Shown here one piece after another: positions 37,483-48,955 of a stretch of DNA of 64,000 nt. Position 1 is the first letter of the stretch, and every line of letters starts with the position of its first letter. Source of the stretch: Chiloscyllium plagiosum (lineage: Eukaryota); NCBI RefSeq assembly GCF_004010195.1, contig NC_057720.1, positions 7,739,117 through 7,803,116 of the forward strand. The letters are read 5' to 3'. Below the pieces are notes generated by a model that saw only the letters and a list, made by a program, of their open reading frames with translations, was not told the DNA's origin and did no database searches. The position numbers were made by a program, and so were the translations under genes.

Positions 37483-38235
37483 AGTAACTTCAATTCTAGG
37501 TTGGAAATTTTGATAGCTCCAGGAAGAAGCTATCATACCTCAAACTTAAAGATGTGCAGCTTCAAGTAACCTCATCCGGGTTTTATCCCAACACTTCTTG
37601 TCTGGGACGATGATTAATATCTTATTCCGAGAGAATTTAATTCAACGATATTCTATTCTTTTCTATGCACTGCACTTATATAAGCATCTCCTTCCAAGAA
37701 TAAACCACATCCATTGCATTTGCTTCTTGTTATTCTTCAAGAATCCTGGAAGGATGGGTTCAGAACAGTCTACTTAAAAATTTAACTCTGATTAGATGGT
37801 CTTAAATATACCAGAATGTAGGAGGAGAAGTAGACCATTCAGCCCATTCAAATCTGTTCTGGTTTGATAACCCTCAACTCCACAGTCTTTGCTTTTCCCT
37901 GTAATCCTTGATTCCCTCATCATTTGGAAATCTGTCTCTTGGAGCCTTAAATATTGTTAACAATCTCGACATGTTATCCTTCATTAGAGAGTAAAAAACA
38001 GTTGCCTTCCTTTATACAGCTTGCTGATTGGCCCAGTTCCTTTTCTTCAACAGCACAACTCCAAATAAATTGTGGATAATTATTGTTGGAACAGCCTTCC
38101 CCAGTTGCTCAGATACTAATAATTGACTTATGGTGCTTTACCGACTCAAAGTTTACATGACAGCAGCATCAGTAGATTAGGTGCACAGAATGCCTTCTAT
38201 GGTGCATCTATCTGGATGCATCAGAAGTAAACTGC

Positions 38236-38660
38236 TTTCCCAAGACTACAAGAAACTACAGAGAGTTGTGAACACAGCCCAGTCTATCACACAAACCAGC
38301 CTTCCGTCCACTGGCTCCATCTATGCTTCCTGATGCCTCGGGAAAGCAACAAATGTGATCAAAGACTCTTCCCACTCCAGTTACATCCTCTTCCGTCAGA
38401 CAGAAGATGTAAGAGTTTGTATACATGCACAAACAGATTCAAGAACAGCTTCTTCCCTGCTGTTATTAGATTTCTGAATGGATCTCTCAAATTTTAACCT
38501 TAATATTGACCTCGCTCTCTGTGCACCTTCGCTGCAGCAGTAACATTGTATTCTATTACCCTAATGCACTTTGTATGGTATGGTCTGCCTGTACTGAATG
38601 CAAAACAAAACTTTTCACTGTACCTGGATACATGTAACAATAATAAACCAAATCAAATCA
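38236..38660 (+). mobile_element. Rex1/Babar-type LINE 3' end
   Basis: QDYKKLQRVVNTAQSITQTSLPS...TNRFKNSFFPAVIRFLNG; tail cttttcactgtac...aataaa(ccaaat); second copy at ~49605-49848. Confidence 0.75.
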
Positions 38661-38826
38661 TTGCCTTTGAACAATTGTACCCCATGTGAATTATATTACC
38701 GCTTAGCATTTTTGGGGTTTTTTGGCAACTTTCTGAGAGCGTTTCAACTGCCCAAGCTTCTTCTGTTACCTACCACATGAATGCAGCACTTTTTTAGATT
38801 TGATAAATCCTCCTGTCCATTGTGCT

Positions 38827-39052
38827 TGTAGTGAGGTCAGCCAGGTGGGACCTCATAGATTATGAGTTCCCTGGTTGGACGAGGTTAACACACTCCCAAT
38901 CAGGGAGCCCTGGCTGACAGATATAAACAGGAATATTAGGGGTTCTGTTCAGTCAGAGCTTTCTCTGAGGGAGCTGGATCAGTGTCAAGGACTCTCCACG
39001 CGTAACTAAAGGGTGACTTGGTGACGGGATACTGACCTCTGGAGTTATTTCG
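38827..39052 (+). mobile_element. Probable short solo LTR (Gypsy-like)
   Basis: Starts TG(tagt); CCAAT box, gatataaa TATA-like motif and polyA-like actaaa; ends ttatttc(g); no clear TSD. Confidence 0.45.
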
Positions 39053-39529
39053 CCGACGATCCAAGGAATCCCATCCTTCAATCCACTTTGTTTGCTCCCT
39101 TTACTGAAAAATGCTCTATTAATAATCTTTACATCCCTTGCTTAAACTTGTCCCCTTCGCTCATATGCAGTTTTGTTTATCAGGTTTTATTGCCATTTAT
39201 CATGGACAAGGGCAGGGCACCCATTGGAATTTGCCACTCATTCAATTCCTGACCATTTCCTTGGCATTCAACAACAAGGTGTATTTATCCATGTTTAATG
39301 TAATAGAAATACCACAAGACACTACATACTGGTAAAATAACAAGACTAGTTCAGTCAAAGAGAAAGGCATAGGGAGCATCTTAACGAAAGAAAGAGAAGT
39401 TGAGAGAGGGTTTGAGGATCTTCTAAATACTTGGGCCTAGACAATTCATGCATGCTTATCATTGTAAACCAAGGATGCTCAAGAGCTAAATGGAGAAGTA
39501 TTATTGTTACTACAATAATTCACAGGATG

Positions 39530-39850
39530 AGATGGTCACTGGCTAGGCCAGCCCTACTCGCCCAGAGGGCAATTAAGAATGAACCATATTGCTGAGAGTC
39601 TGGAGTCACATGAAGGCCAGACCAGGTAAGGATGGCAGATTTCCATCCCTAAAAAGGACATTATTGACCAATATAAGTTTTCCTCAACAAATGACAATGG
39701 TTTTGTGATCATTAGAAATTTAATTCCAGATCTTTTATTGATGACAAATTCCGCCATCTTCCACGGTGGGATTCAAACTCAGCTCCCCACAACATGACCT
39801 GCGCTTCAGGAATAACCACTCTAGCAATAATACCACTAGGCCTTTACCTC
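39530..39850 (-). mobile_element. tRNA-headed SINE, family B, within an old L2-like fragment
   Basis: Core ggaaatctgccatccttacctggtctggcc...gtgactccagac; other copies at ~26920-27255(-), 41165-41400(+), 44145-44425(+), 60755-61070(-) and 63640-63955(+). Confidence 0.7.
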
Positions 39851-41400
39851 CGCTGAAGATAACTCAGTGTAAGTAACTCAAAGAATTTAGAGGTTGAAAA
39901 TGACTGAAGCAGGGATGTGGTGTGTTCATGGAAACATTGCTGGACAGGAAACCAATGTAGGTCAGATAGCACAAGGGTGGTAGAAGAACAGGACTTCATG
40001 AGAGCATAGTATAGACAGCAAAGGTTTGGCTGAGACCAGGTCTATCGGGAGTGTAGGAAGTGGGAATCCACAAGAATACATAAGAACAGTCAAGTATTGA
40101 GGTGACAAAGGCATGGATGAGGATTTAAAGTAAAAGAGTCATAGAAATGTACAGCAGTGAACTAAGGTAGGATCAGAGTCAGGTGATGTTACACAAGATG
40201 AAGTAGATTAGTGGGGTCATAGTCAGAAGTTTCACTTGGTTCCAACCAGGGTGAAGGATAGATTCAATGGATTTGTGCTGGGTTAATAATGGCAAGGCCA
40301 ATTGGCTTTAGTCTTCCCGATATTTGAATGGAATAAATTCCACCTATTTATTCAGCGCTGCCTGTCAGGTAAGCAGTGAGTATTTACAGATAAAGGGCCA
40401 GGCTTGAGTTGTCAGAACAAATAGCTTGAGATAGGCAATTTCCCAACTTATTGGATGTGTCTCAGTTAGAAAATACCTCAAACAGTATGATTTCTGCGCT
40501 GGAGAAGTGGGTATGAGGAGCTGCGGGGTTTGGAGGCATAGGAAATAGTCAGACATAACAATCCTGAGGGCAAAGAATGGGCACCCACTCATATGAAGTA
40601 GTTAGAAGGCCTATCTCAGATCTCGCAGTAATGGTCTTGGTTGTGTAAGAAGCTGCTGTGCCTCACATCCCTCAATCCTCATAGCCCCTCACCCAGCCGA
40701 CCATGGCCTCTCATCCCTTCCATTATAGCCAATGCCAACTCATAATCCCATTCATCTCCTTGGCTTCTCTTACCCTCTGTGATAAATTATGGGGCCACTT
40801 GCCCCTATAGCCTTTCATGTACCCCATGCCACTCTCATAACTAATACTGGTGAGAGGACACTGCTGTACTTAAAAATACATACAGGGCCTTTGGAACTAT
40901 AGGTTTAATGAGAGAGGGGAAAGAGTTAAAAGGGACCTGAGGGGCAACCTTTTCACATAGAAGGTGGTGTGGATATGGAATGAGCTGCCAGAGGAGGTGG
41001 CAGAAGGGAGTACAATTACGGTATCTGAAAGACATTTGGACAGGTACATGAATAGGAATGGTTCTGAGGGATATTGGCCAAACTCAGGCAAATGGGACTA
41101 GTTCAGTTTGGATACCTAGTTGGACCAAAGGGTTTGTTTCCATTTTGCATGAGCCAATGACTCTGAATCCCACTACAGCAGATGGAGGAGTTTGAATTCA
41201 ATTAATAACCTTGAATTAAGAGTCTAACAATGACCGTGAAACCAGTGTCAAATGTCAGGACAAAAAAAAATCCAGTTCACTAATGTCCTTCAGGGAAGGA
41301 AACTGCCATCCTTGCCTGGTCTGGCCTACAGGTGGCTCCAGACCCGCAACAATGCGAATAACTCTTAACTACCCTTTGGGAAATTAGTGATGGGCAATAA

Positions 41401-42400
41401 GTGCAGGTTCCTAACTCCTTGAAAGTGGAGTCGTAGGTAGATAGGATAGTGAAGGAGGCATTTGGTATGCTTTCCTTTATTGGTCAGAGTATTGAGTACA
41501 GGAGTTGGGAGGTCATGTTGCAGCTGTACAGGATATTGGCTAGGCCACTGTTGGAATACTGCACGAAATTCTGGTCTCCTTCCTATCGGAAAGATGTTGT
41601 GAAACTTGTTTTTTAGTTTAGATTCCCTACAGTGTGGAAACAGGCCCTTCGGCCCAACAAGTCCACACCAACCCTCCAAAGAGCAACTCACCCAGACCCA
41701 TTCCCTTACATTTACCCCTAACTAATGCATCTAACATTACGGGCAAGTTAGCATGGCCAATTCACATAACCTGCACATCTTTGGACTGTGGGAGGAAACC
41801 GACGCAGACACAAGGGAGAATGTGCAAACTCCACACATACAGTCGCCAGAGGCTGGAACCGAACCTGGGACCCTGGTGCTGTGAGGCAACAGTGCTAACC
41901 ACTGAGCCACCCCTAACTTGAAAGGGTTCAGAAAAGATTTACAAGGATGTTGCCAGGGTTGGAGGATTTGAGCTATAGGGAGAGGCTGAACAGGCTGGGG
42001 CTGTTTTCCCTGGAGCGGAGGCTGAGGGGGTGACCTTATAGAGGTTGACAAAATTATGAGGGGCATGGATAGGGTAAATAGGCAAAGTCTTTTCCCTGTG
42101 GTTGCGGAGTCTAGAACTAGAGGACATAGGTTTGGGGTGAGAGGGGCAAGATATAAAAGAGACCCAAGGGGCAACATTTTCACACAAAGGGTGGTACGGG
42201 TATGGAATGAGCTGCCAGAGGAAGTGGTGGAGGCTGGTACAATCGCAACATAGAAGAGGCATTTGGATGGGTATATGAATAGGAAGGGTTTGGAGGGATA
42301 TGGGCCAGGTACTGGTAGGTGGGACTAGATTGGGTTGGGATAGCTGGTCGGCATGGACAGAAGGGTCTGTTTCCATTCTGTACATCTCTATGACTCTGTC
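41401..42400 (+). mobile_element. CR1 LINE 3' kilobase with HE1 insertion (41612-41912, minus)
   Basis: CR1 ORF2 peptides; aacttg duplicated around the SINE. Confidence 0.9.
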
Positions 42401-43630
42401 TATAAATGCTGGCCCAACCAGTGTCACCCACATCCATGAATGAAGTTTTTTTTTAAAGTTGGTGTGGAAATGCTATTAATATCACTTCCCAACTGCGCGA
42501 ACCAACCTCCTAACTATGATTGACCTTTTACTGTTTTCCCTCGGATTTCTCAAGCCTATTTATAGTTCCTTTGCTTCTCACACCTGTCAAACAAACCAGT
42601 CCAACAGATACTCTTTTAAACACTCAAAGAAAAACAAAACAGGCTTTGTCTGCCTAAGTTTAAAGAGTACAGCACTTAAAATAAACTTCAGATCATGACA
42701 CTCAGATAGACCATCTTCGCCTTTCAAAAGTGTTATGTCTGCACCAATGATTTGTGGCTCCCACACTGTGGGTTAAAGCCTTTGAAAATGGGGTCTGTTT
42801 GAATACAGCGCTGTGTCCATATATTGCTGCTACATTTCCACCCACAATCACATTCCATCACCCCTCTCCCCTACCTCCAACAAAAAAAAGCGTCTCAGAA
42901 ATGGGGGATCAGACTCCGCATATGGATCCCATCCACTATTTTTAAGGATCTGTGTAGTGTTCCCACTTCTGAAGCTGTGGACTGATGGAGGAATTCAGAG
43001 TTTATGCTGGGCATCATCAACATCATACAGGAGAGAACTAACACAGGCGATATTGCTGAGAGCAGGAAACAGATGGGCAGGGGCCAAAGATAGACCTTTG
43101 AATTACATCAAAAGTAATGTTGCGAGAATGGAAAGACAAACCGTTGTATGTGCTACCCTGGAAATGATAAGAATTGAAGTCATAGAGATGTACAGCATGG
43201 AAGCAGATCCTTCGGCCCAACCTGTCCATGCCTACCAGATATCCCAACCCAATCTAGTCCCACCTGCCATCACCCGGCCCATATCCCTCCAAACCCTTCC
43301 TGTTCATATCCCCATCCAGAAGTGGGAGAGAGTGTCACTCCCACCAGATCAGGTGACAATGGGGGGGGGGGGGTACTTTGTAGGTGGAACGTGTGATCAA
43401 CCCTATGCAAGCCTGTGGATGGCTCAAAATGAACCAAGAGATATGACTTATCGTTGTCAGAATTATGTCGGATATCATTTGTGAATTTGGTGTGAGCCAT
43501 TTCAGATTATGACTGAGCAAACTGGATTGCAGGATATGCGGTCACGGATTTGGCAATATGTTCAAGGGTAGGAAAGAAAAGGGACATTAAAGGTGGGGTA
43601 GCAGTTTGCAAGAATACCATAGTTGAGGCC

Positions 43631-44057
43631 TTGATTTCTTTTAAAAATTTGGAATGGTGATGATAGTATGCCTAAAAGATTTGAGAGAGGGACAGCCGCT
43701 GGAATGGGGAAGAGAGACAGAGAAACAGAGACAGAGAGAGAACCATCAATATCAGCTGTAAGGAAGATTCCCATGGTCAAGGCCTCATCTGTATCCCCAG
43801 ATTTCATCAGTCCACCCCTCATCCCCATACCTTCAGGTACCTCGGTTGATTTCTTTTAAAAATTTGGAATGGTGATGATAGTATGCCTAAAAGATTTGAG
43901 AGAGGGACAGCCGCTGGAATGGGGAAGAGAGACAGAGAAACAGAGACAGAGAGAACCGTCAATATCAGCTGTAAGGAAGATTCCCATGGTCAAGGCCTCA
44001 TCTGTACCCCCAGATTTCATCAGTCCACCCCTCATCCCATACCTTCAGGTACCTCGG
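43631..44057. repeat. ~213-bp near-perfect tandem duplication
   Basis: 43631-43845 is repeated at 43846-44057 with a few small differences. Confidence 0.92.
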
Positions 44058-44769
44058 CTCCAAGCCACAATATCAAACTCCCTTCACCTCCGTAACTCAA
44101 TTTCTGCCAAGCAGAGGTGGGTGGTGGGGGGGGGATCATGTGGTGATGGCCCAGTAGTATCATTCCTCGATTATTATGCCAGCAACAGAAGTTAATGTAA
44201 TCAATAAAAATCTGGAGTTACAAGCCTTTGCCGATAGTCATAAAACCCCATCTGGTTCACTGATGTTCTTTAGAGAAAAATTCTGTCAGCTTTATCTGGA
44301 CAAGTCTCGGTGTGACTCCAGACCCACAGCAATATGGTTGACTCTGAACTGTCCTTTGGACAATGAGGGATGTATAATAAATGCTGGCCTGGCCAATGAT
44401 GCCAAGATCCCACTCATGAATAAAGACGTCATTATTCAGATTGAGCTGTTGGTCACCCTGTTACAATTTCCTTGTTGTTATCTAAATTTATGTCTACATT
44501 TTGTTCTGTAACGTTCCTGTGAAATGATTTGGGATTTTTTTCTGACAACATTACAGGCACAAGATAAATTTCAGCTGTTCCTCTCGAAGGCGTTAACTCC
44601 TTTCTGGGACACACATACCCATGGAGCTCCACACTACCTCACTCCAGCCCCGAAGCCTGGCTTGTGAGGCTCACTTATTTAAAAAGATAATTTTGCCAGA
44701 TGAGAATGAGTAGCACTCCGAGAACCACAACACACAATGCAGGATCTGCTGGCTTGTTTCATAGCTTAA

Positions 44770-44951
44770 AGATATGGTGCTGGAAACGCACAGCAGGTCA
44801 TGCAGCATCCGAGAAGCAGGAGAGTCGACCTTTCGGACATAAGCCCTTCATCAGCCTTCAATGACTCACAGCAGCGTCCGAGGAGCAGAGCTTTTCCAGC
44901 GCCACACTTTTCGACAGTGACTCTCCAGCACCTGCAGTCCTCACCTTCTCC
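44770..44951. mobile_element. Rearranged fold-back PLE family 1 element
   Basis: Minus arm with ctgatgaagggcttatgtccgaaaggtc; plus arm ending ctgcagtcctcaccttctcc; tgtttcat duplicated at the flanks. Confidence 0.7.
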
Positions 44952-44964
44952 TGACCTGTTTCAT

Positions 44965-45293
44965 GATTAGATTAGCTTAGATTCCCTACAGTGTGGAAAC
45001 AGGATCTTCGGCCCAACCAGTCCACACCGACCCTCTGAAGAGTAACCCACCCAGACCCATTCCCCTACATTTACCCCTTTGCCTAACACGACAGGCAATT
45101 TAGCATGGCCAATCCACCTGGCCTCCACTACTTTGGACTGTTGGAGGAAACCGGAGCATCCGGAGGAAACTCACACCGACACAGGGAGAACATGCAAACT
45201 CCACACAGACAGACAGTCACCCAAAGCTGGAATTGAACCTGGGACTCTGGTGCTGAGAGGCAGCAGTGCTAACCACTGAGCCACCACGCCGCC
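44965..45293 (-). mobile_element. HE1-like V-SINE
   Basis: Full tail, V-domain and head. Confidence 0.9.
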
Positions 45294-45367
45294 CTACACA
45301 GGTTTCATACACAGATTGGGGGTCCGACAATATCTATCAGAGGGACGGATGTATAGAGCATGCTTCT

Positions 45368-45619
45368 CTCCAGTCACTGGCACAGCTTTGGTCAAACCAA
45401 TGTTTTGTTTTAAAATAGCTTTACTGCTTTTAAAGTGGTTCTTTAGAAAAGGATCAGCTATTGGCACCTCCTCCGACAACACTTCCAATCCTCCAGTCAC
45501 TGGCACAGCTTTGGTCAAACCAATGTTTTGTTTTAAAATAGCTTTACTGCTTTTAAAGTGGTTCTTTAGAAAAGGAACTGATCAGCTATTGGCACCTCCT
45601 CCGACAACACTTCCAATCC
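45368..45619. repeat. ~123-bp tandem duplication
   Basis: 45368-45490 is repeated from 45491 with a 4-bp insertion. Confidence 0.92.
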
Positions 45620-45803
45620 CTACCACAAATCATTATTTCTCGGCACAGGAGCAAGGGGCCTTGTTGCACACAGGTAGTAGCTGTACCTCTGGGCCAGAAG
45701 GTCCAGATTCACGTCCCACCTGCCCCAGATGTCTGTCAGAACATATCTGATTTTTTAAAAATTGACAGCACAATAGGAAACCATTCAGGTCATCTTTACT
45801 GTG

Positions 45804-46862
45804 GGGCTGGCGTGGTGGCTCAGTGGTTAGCACTGCTGCCTCACAGTACCAGGGACCCAAGTTCGATTCCTGCCTCAGGCAACTGTCTGTGTGGAGTGTG
45901 TACATTCTCCCTGTGTCTGCGTGGGTTTCCTCTGTGTACTCCAATTTTTTCCCACAATCCAAAGATGTGGGGGTTAAGGCGAAATGGCCATGCTAAATTT
46001 CCCATAGTGTTCAGGGATGTGTGGTTTCAGTGCATTGTTCAGGGGTAAATGGAGAGTAGTATGGGAAATGGGTCTTGGTATATTAGTCTTCAGAGGGCCA
46101 GTGTGGGCTTGTTGGGCCAAGTGGCCTGTTTCTACACTGTATGGATTCTAGGATTCTTTGAAGGGCCCTCCAAATAACCCCACTCCCCAAAGGGAAAATC
46201 TATTTTCAGCTTCCCTCACAAGAAGAGCTTGAAGAATCATGGAATCTCCACAGCCTGGATGCAGGCCATTCAGCGGGTGGCATGGTGGGCGGCACGGTGG
46301 CACAGTGGTTAGCACTGCTGCCTCACAGCGCCAGAGACCCGGGTTCAATTCTCGCCTCAGGCGACTGACTGTGTGGAGTTTGCACATTCTCCCTGTGTCT
46401 GCGTGGGTTTCCTCCGGGTACTCCGGTTTCCTCCCACAATCCAAAAATTGTGCAGGTTAGGTGAATTGGCCGTGCTAAATTGCCCGTAGTGTTAGGTGAA
46501 GGGGTAAATGTAGGGGAATGGGTCTGGGTGGGTTGCGCTTCGGCGGGTCGGTGTGGACTTGTTGGGCCGAAGGGCCTGTTTCCACACTGAGTAATCTAAT
46601 CTAATCTAATCTAATCAGCCCATTGAGTCCACACTGACCCTCCAAAGAGCAGCCACTCTGATCCTTGTAACCCTGCATTTCCCATGGCAATGCCATCTAG
46701 CCGGCACCTCTTTGGACTGCAGGAGGAAAGCGGAGCACTTGGAGGAAATCCACGCAGACACGGGGAGAATATGCAAACTCCATACTTATAGTAACACAAG
46801 GCTGGAATCGAACCTGAGCCTCTGGCGCTGTGAGGCCGCAGTGCTAACTACTGGCTGAGCCA
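45804..46862. mobile_element. Cluster of three HE1-like SINEs (45804-46150 +, 46286-46615 +, 46615-46862 -)
   Basis: Heads gtggtggctcagtggttagcac and gggcggcacggtggcacagtgg; V-domains; tails. Confidence 0.9.
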
Positions 46863-47534
46863 TGTGAAATGCAAGGTGAGGAACAACCACTTAAAATGAA
46901 CACTTTTACACAGCCTGTCAGGCAAAGGCATCTGTTCACAAAGGATTAAAATCTTTGATTGCTATGGAATCAGGAGACTGACTGGTGCAGTTTCAAATAA
47001 GACTCTGCAAGGCAGCATTGAGAAATAACCAGAGTTTGGACCAGTAATGGAGGCTGTGGGGTGGGCTATGGGGCTGGGCTATGGGGAGAGATTGAAAACC
47101 TGAAAGACCCAAAAAGGCTGAAATATACATGTGCGAATCATGAAGGGAGGGTGCACAGAAAGGATGCAAGAAATAAACAAACAATGACTCGCTCTTAGCC
47201 GTGAAGCACGACTGAAAAATTCTAGTTTCACAGAATGACATCTGAACATTCAACACATGTTGAGTGATTGTCACTTTGGACAAGTAAGCTCTTGAAGTAT
47301 CCATCAGGTCTCGCTGAGCTGCTTATTCAATCCATGCATTCATGGTTAAGGCAAGCGAACCTCGGAGGGAGATTGTGCACACCAGAACATTTTGACAAAA
47401 GGTCATTACCGGAAAAATTACAAACTATTCTTTTTGTAGACGCAACTGAGCTGCTGAGTACTTCCAGTCTTTTATGTTTTGGCACCAGGAAGAGCTCTTT
47501 GCCACATCAACCTTACTCTGCTCAAGGAGCAAAA

Positions 47535-47710
47535 ACAGAGTCGAGAGTGTGGTACTGGAAAAGCACAGCAGGTCAGGCAGCATCCGAGCAGCAGGAAAAT
47601 TGACATTTCGAGCAAACGCCCTTCATCAGGAATGAGGCTGGGAGCCTCGGGAGTGGAGAGATAAGTGGGAGGGGGGTGGGGGGAGGTAGCTGAGAATACA
47701 ATCGGTGGAA
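47535..47710 (-). mobile_element. PLE family 1 terminal repeat with near-intact hammerhead motif
   Basis: Minus strand: attc-CTGATGA-a-gggc-gttt-gctc-GAAA-t-GTC. Confidence 0.75.
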
Positions 47711-47997
47711 GAGACCCTGGCCCCAGACTATTGTGGGTTGAGGAGATTCTAACCGTTATTCAAAACATCAGTGGAACCCTGGATCCTGAAGTCATCTCCT
47801 GGCATTTCTACCGGTTCGACTTTCGCCAATGTGGGACGCGTAATGTGGTTTGCACATGAGGGACAATGAATCCAGAAGGAACATTAAATCTCAATGCAGA
47901 GTTCAAACGGATCTCATTTTCCCTGGAGTGAGATCCGTTTTCTGCAATGTGTGACTTGTGATTGTGTATATGTGTGTGAGGATTTAGAAGGTCTGTG

Positions 47998-48192
47998 GAG
48001 AAAGTGAGGACTGCAGATGCTGGAGATCAGAGTCAAGATTCGAGTGGTGCTGCAAAAAGCACAGCAGGGCAGGCAGCATCAGAGGAGCTGGAAAATCGAC
48101 GTTTCAGGCAGATGAAGGGCTTTTGCCCGAAATGTCGATTTTCCTGATCGTCGGATGCTGCCTGACCTGCTGTGCTTGTGCAGCACCACTCT
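47998..48192. mobile_element. Fold-back PLE family 1 element
   Basis: Inverted arms around gatgaagggcttttgcccgaaatgtc; perfect TSD aaggtctgtggag at 47988-48000 and 48193-48205. Confidence 0.88.
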
Positions 48193-48443
48193 AAGGTCTG
48201 TGGAGCTGCCAGACCATTAGGTATTTAAAACCCCTGCTCTTTATATTTTGGAAGGAAAACTTGATGCACCACCGAATTGAAAAAAAAAATGTATTGCTTA
48301 CAATTTCAATAGTTGTTGACAATGTGTCTGAGGAGTTCCACGACAGTAAAGAGAAGGAAGTCACTAATAGGATTGGTCACAAAGCCTCCCAAAGTCAACC
48401 GAACCACAATGTGGGACTGATAAAAGAAAAGGTGATATTGGCA

Positions 48444-48955
48444 ATCAAAAGAGAAAATGCTGGAAAATCTCAGCAGGTCTGGCAGCATCTGTAAGGAGAG
48501 AAAAGAGTTGACGTTGAGTCTAACTGACCCTTTGTCAAAGCTAAAAAAAGGGGGAAATAGGGAGGTATTTATACGAGGCTGAGAGAAGGTGAGTCATGGC
48601 TCCAGAGGCAAAGGTAGCAATAAAGAGGTTATAATGACAGTGCATAGAGAGATTATAGGGAGATTAGGAGCTGTGAATGACCAAGGCTGAAGCCAGTGCT
48701 ATGTGACAAAATATGGGGGGGATGGGGACGATGGGTGAAGCAGAGGCAAAATGGAAAACTGGGGAGAAGGGTAGCAAAGGGGGAAGAGGAGAGGAAAAAG
48801 GTGATGAGAGAGAGAGTGGAGAGTGAGAGAAAGAGAGACAAAGCAAGAAATAAGAGGTACAGAACAGTGAAAAAAAATAAAATAAATGAAATAAAGTTAT
48901 CTGAAATTGTTGAATTCAATGTTGAGACCGGCAGGCCGTAACGTGCCTAGTCGGA
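48444..48955 (-). mobile_element. PLE 3' end (ORF C-terminus plus terminal repeat), family 2 variant
   Basis: Minus-strand RLGTLRPAGLNIEFNNFR* (PLE-type P.GLN terminus), a pyrimidine-rich UTR, then ttgacaa-agggtc-agtta-gactc...gtc. Confidence 0.75.

Noticed and set aside
42813..43484. 223-aa ORF
   Set aside because: Non-ATG start, runs through an antisense CR1 tail and a G-run, and has no recognisable domain.
46286..46360. tRNA genes
   Set aside because: The A/B-box sequences are SINE heads that continue directly into the V-domain; there is no standalone cloverleaf with terminator.
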